A stretch of DNA of 64,000 bases from the NCBI GenBank assembly GCA_965205505.1, contig CBDBHB010000008.1:288001-352000 (forward strand), written 5' to 3'. Source of the DNA: Acidobacteriota bacterium (GTDB lineage Bacteria; Acidobacteriota; UBA890; WLXD01). A program made the position numbers and the translations under genes. This document shows, in pieces, positions 51,399 through 62,201 of the stretch. Position 1 is the stretch's first letter. Each line of letters starts with the position of its first letter. The notes under the pieces are model-generated. The model saw only the letters and a list, made by a program, of their open reading frames with translations, was not told the DNA's origin and ran no database searches.

Positions 51399-51951
51399 AT
51401 GGCGAGATGGAGTTTCGAACCAGGTCACACGGCCGCCGAGTTCTGCGTTCGGCACATGATGGTGACTTGGGTACGCGGAGCGTTCAAAGACGTGCATGGA
51501 ACCCTCGAGTTCGACCCCGATGATCAACGGAAGGGTGCGGTTGAGATCGAGATCGACGCCAGGCTCGTATGGAGTGGCGAGGCGGATCGCGACGCCCACC
51601 TGAAGAACGCCGACTTTCTCGACGCTGACAACCACCCCCACATCACTTTCAGAGGCGAAACGACTGAGAGCATTGGGCCTGACCGGTTCAAAGTCACCGG
51701 CGACCTCACCATTCGAGGAGTGGCGCGTCGGGCGGAGCTCGACGTTTCATTTCTCGGCCACTGGGACACGCCGTGGTGGGAGGACGGCGAGGACAAGGGG
51801 CCCAAGCGGCGTGCCGGCTTCCAGGCTACCACCGAGATCAACCGCCACGATTACGGCGTAAGCTGGAACGGCGATCTTGAACGCGGTGGCGTCGTCGTAG
51901 GGGATCGCGTGTTCATCACCCATCGACGCAGAGGCCATACTCGACGATTAG
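51399..51951 (+). CDS. YceI family protein; frameshift near 51920
   Basis: HTAAEF.VRHMM, RDAHLK.ADFLD, GDLTIRG, INRHDYG; the shifted frame ends IDAEAILDD-stop. Confidence 0.9.
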
Positions 51952-52228
51952 CAGGGTGCTGAAAAAACTCTGGTGGGTCTGGCGCGTGGGTCTTGCTGGC
52001 GAGATCAAGGAAGAGCGACGATGGCGATGCCAGGGGGCATCGTCGAGGAGCTCTGACGCTGAGATCGTCGGCAACCCCCACGCGCCCTACGGGTTACGGC
52101 GTCGTGGGGCCACCTGCGGCGTTGGCCCTCCTGGACGATACAACGAGCATCGCCTGCGTCGCGCCGCCTTGCATCTGGCCCCACGACGCCGTAACCAGAC
52201 CCACCAGAGTTCTTCAGCACCCTGCTAG
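51948..52228. mobile_element. 281-bp MITE-like element (second subtype, opposite orientation)
   Basis: TIR TAGCAGGGTGCTGAA...ACTCTGGTGGGTCTGG and its reverse complement; internal sequence homologous to 19380-19658; between convergent genes. Confidence 0.82.
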
Positions 52229-52240
52229 AGCACCGACCTC

Positions 52241-52732
52241 CTAACCTCCCGACCGCTCACGGGCTGCAGTCGCCCGCACATCCTCGACCGCTGATTCGGG
52301 ATGGCCCAATGAGCGCAGACCCTTGATGATGTGGCCGAGGTATCTCTCGGAAGGCGCTTGATACAGCTTCGGTTTCGGAACGACGTAAACCTCGGCGTCG
52401 AGTGCGCCGTCAGGGCATTCCAGTGTGATGGTGCAACGGACGCCACGTTGCCGTGCGTTCTTGTCCGACCCGAGTTCTACCTCATCCATCCTGACGATCT
52501 GGGCGTGTTCGATCTGATGCACGGCGCCATAGACCTTGTCGCCAGGCGAGGTCTCGATAATCGCGCCGCCTCCGCCCTCCGACGTTACCTCGCCTGAAAA
52601 TCTGAGCGCGTATCCGTGTAGGATGACGCGCTTCCGACCCAAGAACTCACAAACGCGAGCCCTGAACCTGTCAGGGTCGAGATTCGAGCCATAGGAGAAA
52701 TACCAGACGGTGTCGTCGCTTGGTGCAGGCAC
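52241..52732 (-). CDS. Gamma-glutamylcyclotransferase family protein
   Basis: YFSYGSNL, VYG, MDEVE, PSERYL..I.KG. Confidence 0.88.
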   Translation of the reverse strand: MPAPSDDTVWYFSYGSNLDPDRFRARVCEFLGRKRVILHGYALRFSGEVTSEGGGGAIIETSPGDKVYGAVHQIEHAQIVRMDEVELGSDKNARQRGVRCTITLECPDGALDAEVYVVPKPKLYQAPSERYLGHIIKGLRSLGHPESAVEDVRATAARERSGG

Positions 52733-52898
52733 ATCCCATCCTTGGTTGGTGCAGGAATCAGTTCACCCCGTTACATTGTCCACTGTTTACTTTGTGTTGT
52801 TTCAAAGTGTGGCCCGCTAACCCGTGGCCACGATCATCTACCTCAGCAGCCCTGTGCGATGCCTTGCGCTTGAAATCCTTCGGTTCGAAACTGCATAG

Positions 52899-53356
52899 GT
52901 GAGCAGCCACCGAGAACCCATCGCAGCGCCTCCAATGATTTTCCTCGCGTCGACGATAGCTGGGGGCGTCGCGGAATTCTTCTATCGAACCTCGGCCATC
53001 CCCGGCTCAATCCGGTACTTTGCCGGCAGCGTGCTCATTGCTGGCGGTGTCTTGTTGATCCGCGGGTCCATGGGCGAGATCACGAAAGCTGGTACCACCT
53101 ACGTGCCCTGGGCACGCCCACGAAGTTGGTGACCTCCGGACCGTATCGGGTCTCGCGTAATCCCGGTTATCTGGGGCTCGTCCTGATCCAGTTCGGTCTT
53201 GCCGCCTTGTCCAACAGCTTGTGGCTTGTCGCCGCTACTGTGCCAGCCGTGCTCCTCACCCACTTCGGCGTGATCCTCCGCGAGGAGGAGAAGCTCGGGC
53301 GAGAGCTCGGGGAGGCATACCAGCGCTATAGATCGTCCGTCCGACGGTGGATCTGA
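52899..53356 (+). CDS. Isoprenylcysteine carboxylmethyltransferase family protein; frameshift near 53115
   Basis: APPMIF, AGT..., then LVTSGPYRVSRNPGYLG, EEEKL, YRSSVRRWI. Confidence 0.85.
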
Positions 53357-53484
53357 GCCTCTCCGCAGAGAATCCCTGTGTCCCGCGTGCGGAAGTGACC
53401 GAGCCAGTCGGTGAAGGTTAGCTCAGGATGCGGACGCGGCAACGGCTGGGTCAGCGGCGACATGACGACCGCCGCACGAGAGGA

Positions 53485-53799
53485 CTAGACATCTTCGACC
53501 AGAACCAGGCGCACGACTGGCGTCACGGAACGCGCCTTGTGAGCGCTCGATGGACCAGCCGGAATGAAGATGCCTGAGCCTTCTGGATACGAAACCACCC
53601 GGTCTCGAAAGTCCACCTCGAGTTCACCGGCCAGCACCAAGCCCACATGGCCCTTCTCACACCAGTCCGGCTCTCTGAACTCCGAAGTGAACTCGACTAG
53701 ACGAATTTGTTTTGATCCTTCGTGATGCGATTTGGAGCGCGCACCCGGCAACGGCGAGTGCCACTCGATAGAGTCGAAGTCAACTTTGAATAGAGGCAT
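53485..53799 (-). CDS. Small cupin-fold protein
   Basis: IRLVEF, WCEKGHVGLVLAGEL, AHK. Confidence 0.7.
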   Translation of the reverse strand: MPLFKVDFDSIEWHSPLPGARSKSHHEGSKQIRLVEFTSEFREPDWCEKGHVGLVLAGELEVDFRDRVVSYPEGSGIFIPAGPSSAHKARSVTPVVRLVLVEDV

Positions 53800-54069
53800 G
53801 ACTCATTGCTCCAATGGCTGAGAAAAGAGTCGTGGTAACCGACCCGGGTGGATCAAAGAATGGTGTTGCTTTACGAGCCGTAGAGCCGGTCTTCGTGAAC
53901 GCTCGCCGACGGCGGCACGACGACACCTTCCGTGGACCCTTGCACCCTTCGACGATAGGCTTCACGCGCTCACTCACCTCCCTCTTTGGTAGCACCATGG
54001 AACCCCGCACCAAACTAGGCCGGCTCTCCAAGAACCGCGTCGCCCAAACAACGTGAATCGGGAGATGCA

Positions 54070-55125
54070 ATGAGCCGACGCCGTTGGTGGGTCGGATCTG
54101 CGGTCGTCGCGGTGCTGGCGATGGCAGTGGCGGCGGTCGCAGCGGGAGGACCCGCCGCGCTGGCGTCGCGCCTCATCGACCTGCCGGTGCTGATCCGTGG
54201 CCGGCTGGTGGCGGCGCCCAGCGGCGAGGAGCTCGCCGTACCCGTCGCCGTCGAGCAGCACGCCGAGGAGCTCGTCGGAGGCATCGACGGCTTTATCGTC
54301 TGGTCGAGCAACCGCGACGGTAATCACGAGCTGTACCGCATGGATCTTTCGGGGCGACAGATCCGCCGGCTCACCGAGCATCCCCACGTCGATTACTACG
54401 GCCGCATATCGCCCGACGGCAGGCGCATCGTCTTCATGCGTAGCCGTCCCCGCCGCTTGTCCGTGCGGGAGGCGGGCGGCTGGGAGATCTGGATCATGGA
54501 TGCCGGGGGAGGCGGCGCGCGACGTATCGCAGAGGAGGGCTACCGACCGGGTTGGAGCGCCGATGGCGGTGCCGTGCACTACATGCGCGACCGCTCCGGG
54601 TATCGGGTCGATATGGAGACGGGGGCGACGAAGAAGCTGTTCGACTTTCCCGACGCACTGCCGGAGATCCGCTACGGCGGCGTCTATATCAGCCCGGACG
54701 CCAGCCGCATCACGGCCGCGTTTCCTGGCGGCGGGACTCGTATCTTCGAACTTCCTGGGTTTCAGGAGCACGTTCTCGACGATCACCAGTCGTGCCAGGG
54801 TCTGTGGGCTCCGGGCCTGGGCGGCGTGGTGTGGATCCAGTCCAGCGGGGCGGGGGGTAACCGGGTGATGCGGGCCGCCCCCGACGGTTCTGATCAACAA
54901 GTGCTCATCGACCTGCGCGGTAGCCATGCTCACGAATACTTCCCCAGCGTCGGTCCCGACGGACGGTGGCTTGCCTGGGGCGCCACCGCCGCCGGGCACG
55001 AGCACGACCGGGCCGACTACGAGATCTTCCTGTGGGAGATCGGCACCGAGGCAGAGACCACGCTGCGCCTGACCTACCACACCGGTAACGACATGTGGCC
55101 CGACGTGTGGGTTCGCACGGACTGA
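54070..55125 (+). CDS. TolB-like/PD40 repeat protein
   Basis: N-terminal anchor; SNRDGNHELY, SPDGRRIVF, GPDGRWLAW. Confidence 0.85.
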   Translation: MSRRRWWVGSAVVAVLAMAVAAVAAGGPAALASRLIDLPVLIRGRLVAAPSGEELAVPVAVEQHAEELVGGIDGFIVWSSNRDGNHELYRMDLSGRQIRRLTEHPHVDYYGRISPDGRRIVFMRSRPRRLSVREAGGWEIWIMDAGGGGARRIAEEGYRPGWSADGGAVHYMRDRSGYRVDMETGATKKLFDFPDALPEIRYGGVYISPDASRITAAFPGGGTRIFELPGFQEHVLDDHQSCQGLWAPGLGGVVWIQSSGAGGNRVMRAAPDGSDQQVLIDLRGSHAHEYFPSVGPDGRWLAWGATAAGHEHDRADYEIFLWEIGTEAETTLRLTYHTGNDMWPDVWVRTD

Positions 55126-55225
55126 CGGTCTCCGGACGGCCGAATACTCAACGCCTCACGCACCGACCTAACGCCGATGGTGCCCGCCTACGAGTCACGC
55201 CGGGAATTCGCAGATAGGTCGTGTC

Positions 55226-55256
55226 GGCACTGTCAAGTTAAAAACTTGACAGTACA
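55226..55256. mobile_element. Fused IS6-like terminal inverted repeats (footprint)
   Basis: GGCACTGTCAAGTT-AAA-AACTTGACAGTACA with perfect 11-bp arms; a second CGGCACTGTCAAGTT at 56486. Confidence 0.5.
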
Positions 55257-55406
55257 CTGGAGCGCGCTGTGGAGAGAAACGACCACCCAGCGCCAGTGCG
55301 ACAGATCGGCTGCCACGCGGCCTGCGAAATCCGCAGTGGTCTCCAAGCAGAGCACCGCTTCGTGGGTCTCATCGGTTCTGAGGTACCGAGCCATCGCGCG
55401 GGGATG

Positions 55407-56263
55407 CTATCGGTTAGCCAGATGGTCGTACACTTCGTCTGGCGGGACGCCCCTGCCCAACGCGTTCTGGATGCCTGAAAGGAGATCGCTAAGCCCCTGG
55501 TGCCCTGACAGAACCAGACGCTTGGAGTCCTCGAAGGCTCGCACAAACTCCTCCGGCGAGGCCCTGCTATCTCGCATGGTCACGTAGACCAAGTCCAGAA
55601 GGCGATCTAAGCTCGCTGAGCGCCCTGGCTCCTCGACGCTGTAGACATCGGCGACGAAGCTGGCGACCTCAAGATGTCCGACCTTAGTGATCGTCGACAA
55701 CGTCGCGACCCCTCGCAGAGCCGATTCCATCATTTCGAGCTTCACGTTCCGGAAGGCCAAGCGCCGGAGGACCTCAGCCACCTCTACCGGACCTAAGGCT
55801 CCCCGGCCATCCACACGACCGATGCGTCGAAGTTCGGTCTCGATCCGCTTCGTGTTTTAGAGTTCCGCGACACCGATGAGGCAGCATGCAGATACAGATC
55901 CTCGACAGTCGCTGCGATCCGGATGCTGGCGATGAGCAGGACCGCCAGTGAAAAAACGGTCCACGCTCCAGCAAAGATGACGAAGCGCCCAGCCGTCCAC
56001 TCCACGGAGAAGACTGTGAGTAGACCGGCCACCAGTGCGAGCGCTGCTTCTCCATAGTTACTGGTAGAGGCATAGACGACGATCGAGGTCCCGAGCACGA
56101 GAAGTACGGCGATCACCATCATCGCATTGGACGAAGTCGCGGCAACCGCAATAGCAACAGTGGCGAGTAGGAGAGCAACTACCACGATGAACGGCACGAT
56201 CCGGTTCGCGGCTTGCAGTGCTCCTCGAAGGGACCGGAGAACGCTGGATGTGGTTTCCAGCAA
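55407..56263 (-). CDS. Hypothetical membrane protein (4 TM + soluble domain); frameshift near 55858
   Basis: ORFs 55793-56263 and 55407-55814 join through NTKRIETELRRIGRVDGRG. Confidence 0.6.
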
Positions 56264-56627
56264 CTGTCCTTCTTCAGTCAGAGGTCACCTCCCCTCGGCT
56301 TGGCGGCCTGACGATCTCGCCAGGGGCAGCGTCTGCAGCTTAGGCAATCTGGCCAGGCAGCGCCAAGGCACTCGGTGGAAGGAAACTGACAGCCGCGCAT
56401 GTTGCCCGGTACCGCCGCCGGCAATGCCGACTCGGCTGCGATATGCCCCTCCTGGCTCCGTAGCGCGTTTTCCGAAGGCTGCGCGCGGCACTGTCAAGTT
56501 CGACGGGGGCCGACGGATCCGTAGCGCCGTCAGCCGAGTCTCGCGAGCCATCCCTGCCCCTTCCGTTGGATCTCGCCGACTCTGACGATACGCTTCAGCC
56601 GCTCACTCCCACCCCTCTAGTAGCGCC

Positions 56628-56820
56628 ATGGAAGCCGGCACCAAACTGGGCCATTACGAGATTACCGTGCAGCTCGGTGCTGGCGGCATGGGCGAGGTCT
56701 ATCTCGCCCAGGACACTCGCCTGGGCCGCAAGGTGGCCATCAAGGTGCTGCCCGCCGAGTTCGCCTCCGACCCCGAACGCCTCGCCCGCTTCGAGCAGGA
56801 GGCTCGAGCTGCCGCCGCCC
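56628..56820 (+). pseudogene. Truncated Ser/Thr protein kinase (subdomains I-III only)
   Basis: [26 protein letters not shown], then homology ends. Confidence 0.85.
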
Positions 56821-56865
56821 ACCACTTCTCGTTGACCCGCGTACGTACTCCCGCACCGCGACGGC

Positions 56866-57576
56866 TCAGGATCGCTTGGACGCGGGCTTGGCGGCCTCGG
56901 CGCGATATGTGCCGCTAGTAGCGCCGTTGTCCGTACCCTCCTCTTCTCCCGTTTCGATGCACATGAATGTGCCCGAGAGCCTCGCTGAGCGGACGACGTA
57001 GCTGGAGCCTCCTTCCTTGACCGACCCTCCTCCACCAGCGTTGAACTCGCAGTTCTCAGCCCCCGAGGAGTACGTTCCCTGCAGGTAGATCGAGAAATGA
57101 CTCTGCGTCGCGGTAGCTCTGACGCTGGCCTCTATGGTTGTCAGGCTCCTGGCCCCCGACACGATGCAAGGTACCGGAGCTCCAGTCTTATTGAACGGTA
57201 TCCGGACCGTCGCACGACAGACCAAACGGGTATCGCCCCCGGAGAGGTTGACGTCGATGTTCCATGTGAAGACGGTGGTCTCGTCGGGCAAGGCAGGCAG
57301 CGCGACGTCCACGGCCAATGTGTCCGTGCCCACGGGCACGCTGACGATCTTGAGCACCGGTGGTCGCCCAGGTACGTTGATCGACAGCCCATAATCGCCC
57401 GGCAACAAGAAGAACTTGCCGCCCGCTGGTTGGGTAAAGACGAAGAACCCGAAAAAGGGGTCGGTGTTGTAGGCCGTAATCGTTCCTTCTGTCACAGGCT
57501 CCCCGGACGCCGTCCTCAGGTCGACCTCTACGGCGCGAAAGCCCTCCTCCGGTTTGAACCACTCCTCCGAGCACAC
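56866..57576 (-). CDS. Hypothetical beta-rich protein, possibly a C-terminal fragment
   Basis: 236-aa ORF with [14 protein letters not shown] (carboxypeptidase-regulatory-like strand pattern); no clear start. Confidence 0.4.
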   Translation of the reverse strand: MCSEEWFKPEEGFRAVEVDLRTASGEPVTEGTITAYNTDPFFGFFVFTQPAGGKFFLLPGDYGLSINVPGRPPVLKIVSVPVGTDTLAVDVALPALPDETTVFTWNIDVNLSGGDTRLVCRATVRIPFNKTGAPVPCIVSGARSLTTIEASVRATATQSHFSIYLQGTYSSGAENCEFNAGGGGSVKEGGSSYVVRSARLSGTFMCIETGEEEGTDNGATSGTYRAEAAKPASKRS

Positions 57577-57677
57577 CCATACTTATGTAGGGGCCGTTGG
57601 GAAATCCGGCGCATGGGTCGGGTTTACCTCGTACAGAGTCCCGAACGCGAAGGGGTGCTCGGCGTAGGAGGTCGTTC

Positions 57678-58337
57678 TCACCGCTCACGAAGAGGCCCGG
57701 GGCAACGGAAGCTGCTGCATCCCCCAACTCCTCGAAGTCTCCCGTGAAGAACGACGAGGATGGCCCGGCCCCCGAGTTCGGGCTCGTAATCGCTGCCCAC
57801 GTCAAGGAAGCGTCTGCCTGCCTGATCCTCATAGATCGATACGGCAATCACCTCCACGGGCAAGCCATTCTCGATCAGGAACTCCATCGCCGATTCCGTG
57901 CGTCCATCGAAGTCCCGCGCCACCAGGACAAGGCGGGGAGTCTTGCTCAGCGTCAATGGAGTCGCGGACTCAGTGAATTCCTGCCAGTCCGTGAAGAACG
58001 CTGCCGGACCACCCTGATACAGGCCCGACAACTCGTCGAGACTCGTGGTCCGTGCCCAGCCGGCGTACTCCAGACATTGGGCGAGTTGCCGTCGATCGAG
58101 ATCCCGCTTGACCTCGATCACGACTACGTCTGCCTTCTGGTCGAGCGCAACGACGTCCGGGCGACCGCCGTTCGTAAGACTGGCCTGTCGAGCCACCGGA
58201 AACAGCGTGTCGCCAGTGAACTCATCGAGGTTCGCCCAGAGAAGATCCTCGATCAGGCTCTCGTAGAGTTCACGCCCGCCGCGAAGCTGCCGGAACGGCA
58301 CGAGCTCCTTGTTATCGTCGATCTCAAACAGCGGCAT
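57678..58337 (-). CDS. NucS-like PD-(D/E)xK nuclease domain protein, probably C-terminally truncated
   Basis: E..IEDLL, RPDVVALD, VIEVKR, QCLEYA. Confidence 0.78.
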   Translation of the reverse strand: MPLFEIDDNKELVPFRQLRGGRELYESLIEDLLWANLDEFTGDTLFPVARQASLTNGGRPDVVALDQKADVVVIEVKRDLDRRQLAQCLEYAGWARTTSLDELSGLYQGGPAAFFTDWQEFTESATPLTLSKTPRLVLVARDFDGRTESAMEFLIENGLPVEVIAVSIYEDQAGRRFLDVGSDYEPELGGRAILVVLHGRLRGVGGCSSFRCPGPLRER

Positions 58338-59011
58338 GGCGAACCTGTTGTCGGAGTGGCATCGGGCGCACGATGACCCGTACCGAGGGTTTCCAGAGGC
58401 CATCTTAGTTGACCCGGGCGGGGTGCACGGCCTTGTCTACGCGGCGAACGTCTGGAGGGACGAGCTGAGCGGCCGTCTGGGCCCCGTGTGCGGCGGCAGC
58501 ATACATCGGATCGCCACTAACCCAAGCAAGGCAAAGAGCCCGCACGCGCAGACGTGCAAGACCTCTCTTGGTGTGTGCTACCGAGAGGCTCGTGTGTCCC
58601 AAGCCGTCGTCATGCCTGTGTCCCGGCGTCCATGCTTCTTTCTTGTGGGTGAGCCGAATTGCGGCAAGAGCCGCTCGTGGCCTCTCGGCTCCTGGAGGAC
58701 TGCAGAGGCTCTGGCAGCGGTGTGTCATCGGCAAACTCTTCCCCGAATACAGCGATCCCAGGAGACGTTCGGAGTCGTCACCCTAGATGGATGTCGAAAA
58801 CTGCGCTTCTCCTCGCCCTCGTCGTGCGCATTGTCGAGTAGCGTCGCCTCGATCAGCTGCGGCGCCTCGGCCGTATGCCGCCGGTGGCCCATCCTATCCA
58901 AGACCGGCAGGAACATCATGATCGCCGTGCCGAGCAAGGCGGCGGCGGGGTTAAGGTGTTGAGGGAAGAAGGGTCAGGTATAGGAACGACGAAATAGGGT
59001 TTGGACTCCAG

Positions 59012-59774
59012 ATGATCGACCCGGACGACATTCCCAGGACGGCCATCGAACAGGTCGTCATGATGGAAGGCATCCTAATAGCGGCTGCCACAGGCGGTTC
59101 ACCGACAACCACATCTACGCTCACCTGCGCCGGCAATTCATGGCCGATCCCGTGATCCGCGACCTGCTTCCCTAGTTCGTTCGCACCTATCGCAACCTCA
59201 GCGCCTTCTGGCCCTACATTAAGCATAAGGCAGGCACCTACGCGGAGCGGCGGCAGATCATCAGCGAGGCTTTCACGCCCCTGATGGATCACCTTGAGGG
59301 CCGGAACAGCACGCCCGGTGACCAGGTTGCATCCGACGCCCTGAAAAGGTTCGACGCGGACCGAGTTCATGCCGTGTGGCAGAAGGCGCTGGCCCGACGC
59401 ACTACCGATCCTGAAGGCGCAATAACTATCGCTCGGACGCTGCTTGAGACGGTGACGAAGCGCATCCCTCGACGAGATGGGTGAGACCTACTCAGACAAA
59501 GACGATCTGCCGAAGCTCTATTCGAATGCCGCGAGGGCGCTCAATCTCGCCCGTCAGCACACGGGGGAGCCGATCAAGGCGATCCTCGGCAGCGCCATGA
59601 CTCTGGTGAACGGCATCGGTTACATTGCGTAACCGTCTGTCCGACTCCCACGGGCGGGGCGTCAAACTTCCGGTGAAGCCGTCACCACGCCATGCCAGCC
59701 TCGCTGTCAATATGGCGGGGACGATTGCGTCCTTTCTCGTCGAGACCTACCTTGAAGGGCATTCGCGATCATAG
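59012..59774 (+). pseudogene. Abortive infection family (Abi C-terminal domain) gene, disrupted
   Basis: Piecewise translation WQKALARRTTDPEGAITIARTLLETV, DDLPKLY, LRNRLSDSHGRG, PRHASLAVN; at least three frameshifts and an in-frame TAG near 59173. Confidence 0.8.
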
Positions 59775-60457
59775 CTCGACCGTGCGCATGCGCTTGGTCA
59801 AGTCGATGCTATTGGACACGTCGTCCCGCAGCAGGAACCTGTGGCTGCTGGTGTGGGCGATGTGGATGGAGCTGTCACGAGCGACGGCAGCGCCTATGCC
59901 GCTACGTGGTGCCACGATGCCGCTGCTAATCGAGAAGTTCGCGGAGGCGTTGACCGCCCGCTAGGGGGGCCGAGAACCCCGCTTCCGTCCGACCGTCGCT
60001 CAGACGCCGTCAAGCAAGCTAGCCACCTCGGGAACTGTCGCGGATAGTGATTACGAATCAGTTCCGACACGGCAGCGCCGCCGCAGATCCCCTGAACCCC
60101 CGCTGAAGCGCGCACGCCACCACTCCTTGCCAACGCAGCGTCTCGACATCCGTGCACGGAATGCACGGGCAACGACGTGGCCACTGGTCTGGCGTTGGAG
60201 GTGGCCGGTGACTCCACTCGGTTCGTGAACCTGGCGCAATACCGCGCATCGAGCCCTCGACAGGTACTTCCTCGCGCCGCGGGCCCGTCCGCGTCTACGG
60301 TGACAGGGTTCCTTCTCCGATCCCCCCGGCCCACGGGCTAGAAGCCTGGTTCATCTGCAGAGGCTCCGCCGGACCGGCAAGATGCACTATGTGACGACGG
60401 GCTAAGCACCACAGCGATGTAGCGTAGCGTCGGTTCCCGCACTATAGCTCTGCAACC

Positions 60458-61957
60458 ATGACGAGAATCGGGATTTGCCTGGTCGTCGTATCACTAGCGC
60501 TCGTGTCGCCATCGGGCAACGCCGCTGGGCAGCACGATGCCAGACACCGCCTGATCGGATCCGGCGAGCTGATCGTGCCGGCCGGTCGGGGACGATGGCA
60601 GGGTTACACGTCGGAGCTGTCGCCCGAACAGCGTGCCACGCTTGGCTCCGACATCACCGTGGCCGAGTACGCGAGGGTCCACGCTGCGCTCGACGCGTAC
60701 GAGCGCACCTACGGGTTGCCGCCGGCAACCAAAACTGACATCTCGACCCGCTACCCCTTTTACCCGCAGGCCGGGGTGCACGAAGGCGACCTGTTCTTTT
60801 CTGGCTTCGTCGACCTGGACCCGACTCAAGGAGATGCCGCCATCTTGGATTGGAATTGCACCGACTACACCTATGATGGGCACCAGGGACACGACTCTGA
60901 CGTGCGGAGCTTCGCGTTCCAGGACATCGGGGTGCCGATCTACGCCGCGCTGGACGGACGCGTGGTCGCTGCTCAGGACGGTAATCCCGACCGCTCGACG
61001 ACGCTGACGTACAAGCCCGCCAACTACGTCATCATCAGCCACGGAGGCGGTCAGCTGTCGCTGTACTGGCACATGCGCAAAGGCAGCGTCGCGGTCAAGA
61101 TGGGCGATGACGTCGTGGCCGGGCAGAGCATCGGCATGACGGCCTCGAGCGGCTACAGTACCGGACCGCACCTGCACTTCGAGACCTGGGTGAAGCGGTT
61201 TGTCATCGAGCCGTTCGCAGGCCGCTGCAACCCGGGCGCCAGCGGCTTCGTCAAGCAGCTCAAGTTCAAGCGCAACACCTACCTGTTCGACGCCGGGATC
61301 ACCCACGAAGAGCTCCGTACGCTAACCGATGACGAGCTGCCGCCCGAGCAACTGCCCTCGTCGGGCCAGTTTCAGACCGACGATGAGTGGCTCTACATCT
61401 GGTTCCTGCTGCAGAACCTACCGGCTAACAGCATCCAGCGGGTGGTGTTCCGGCGGCCCAACAACTCCGTCGCGTTCGACACTGGCGCGCGTGAGCTCGG
61501 CAACATCGATTCTCTCCACTACAGCTGGTGGAGGCAGCGCTGGATCGTCAACGGCATGCGCGTCTTCACCGGCACCTGGAAACTCGAGCTGCACGTCAAC
61601 GGCAAGAAGCTCGCCACGATGCCCTACGAGGTCATGACCAAGCGGGATCCCGAACTGAACCGGGCGCCGGTGGCGCTCAAGAGGGTCAGGTTTCGCAACA
61701 AGCCGAAGGCCCGCAGAGTGCCGTTGTGCGAGATCAAGCACCCGCTGGTGACCGACGACCCGGACTACGACGTCGTCTCGTACCGGTACGTATGGAAGGT
61801 CGACGGCAGGGTTGTGCGGGACGTCACCATCGCAGCGCACTCCGACGCCCTCGCCACCGACCTGTTCGCCAAGGGCGACCGCCTGGAGTGTACCGTGACG
61901 CCGACGGACGGCGATCTGCAGTCGCCCAGCAAGTCGGTTCGCTCCAAGGTGAGGTAG
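60458..61957 (+). CDS. Secreted M23 family metallopeptidase with C-terminal Ig-like domains
   Basis: Signal peptide; HQGHD, YWHM, GPHLHFE. Confidence 0.9.
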   Translation: MTRIGICLVVVSLALVSPSGNAAGQHDARHRLIGSGELIVPAGRGRWQGYTSELSPEQRATLGSDITVAEYARVHAALDAYERTYGLPPATKTDISTRYPFYPQAGVHEGDLFFSGFVDLDPTQGDAAILDWNCTDYTYDGHQGHDSDVRSFAFQDIGVPIYAALDGRVVAAQDGNPDRSTTLTYKPANYVIISHGGGQLSLYWHMRKGSVAVKMGDDVVAGQSIGMTASSGYSTGPHLHFETWVKRFVIEPFAGRCNPGASGFVKQLKFKRNTYLFDAGITHEELRTLTDDELPPEQLPSSGQFQTDDEWLYIWFLLQNLPANSIQRVVFRRPNNSVAFDTGARELGNIDSLHYSWWRQRWIVNGMRVFTGTWKLELHVNGKKLATMPYEVMTKRDPELNRAPVALKRVRFRNKPKARRVPLCEIKHPLVTDDPDYDVVSYRYVWKVDGRVVRDVTIAAHSDALATDLFAKGDRLECTVTPTDGDLQSPSKSVRSKVR

Positions 61958-62201
61958 GCGAACGCGCGAAGGAACGCGTCCTGGAGCGAAAGCCTGGGAG
62001 CACCCCGGCCAGAAAGAAGGCTGGAACCGTCGACGGAAGAGGATTACCTCGGAGAATCGCACCAGGCTCAGCCCTGTTGACACCGGACCAGCGACGAAAT
62101 GTTAGATGGATGTTAGATCGCTGAACGTTCAGCTTGGAACGTGAGTGTCGAGATCCGGCCTTTTGTCGGTTGGATCTCCCTTGTACAGAGCAGCTTACAA
62201 G

